DNA of 63,551 bases, counting the filler, from Octopus bimaculoides (taxonomy: Eukaryota): assembly GCF_001194135.2 (NCBI RefSeq). It is 6 parts of 6 records of this genome, joined end to end, with 100 filler letters (N's around TTAATTAATTAA, not from the genome) between each part and the next. Parts side by side here need not be neighbours in the genome. Positions count along the whole stretch, not along the records: positions 62,291 to 63,551 come from NW_026334631.1; 5 more parts are not named here. One strand, given 5' to 3'. This document shows positions 63,436 through 63,551 of this stretch, in pieces. Below the pieces are notes generated by a model. That model did no database searches and was not told the origin of the DNA. It saw only the letters and a list, made by a program, of their open reading frames with translations. The position numbers and the translations under genes were made by a program. Every line of letters begins with the position of its first letter. Within the stretch, counting starts at the first letter, position 1.

Positions 63436-63551
63436 GTTTACGGCCATATCACGTTGAAAGCACCGGTTCTCGTCCGATCACCGAAGTTAAGCAACATCGA
63501 GCCTAGTTAGTACTTGGATGGGTGACCGCTTGGGAACCCTAGGTGCTGTAA
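63436..63551 (+). rRNA. 5S rRNA: 5S ribosomal RNA gene, last few nt beyond the window edge
   Basis: GTTTACGGCCATATCACGTTGAAAGCACCGGTTCTCGTCCGATCACCGAAGTTAAGCAAC...TAGTACTTGGATGGGTGACCGCTTGGGAACCCTAGGTGCTGTAA matches metazoan 5S; box A (AGTTAAGC) and box C (TGGATGGGTGACC) are present. Confidence 0.97.

Overview
AT-rich, gap-ridden animal genomic DNA. The SINE families and assembly style point to an octopus (inference). Most of the window is microsatellites, N gaps and interspersed repeats, and I could not confidently name any host protein-coding gene; nearly all long ORFs in the track are artefacts of N runs or simple repeats. Well supported: a 5S rRNA gene cut by the right window edge (63436-63551); many tRNA-headed SINEs of several modular families; two hAT-type MITEs with perfect 8-bp target duplications; and decayed mariner, Penelope (GIY-YIG), Ty3/gypsy (LTR, PBS, gag, protease) and RLE-type LINE remnants. 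Most worth a second look: a nested foldback structure just upstream of the 5S gene (long inverted arms, an internal 179-bp hairpin and a second MITE with an 8-bp TSD); a CpG-depleted domain at about 25-40 kb downstream of a YY1/CRE promoter-like motif, with candidate exons suggesting a hidden gene; recurrent SINE dimers sharing one junction; and degenerate hammerhead-like motifs. I found no CRISPR array and no convincing evidence of a wholly new biological system. Family names come from memory of consensus motifs, not from database searches.
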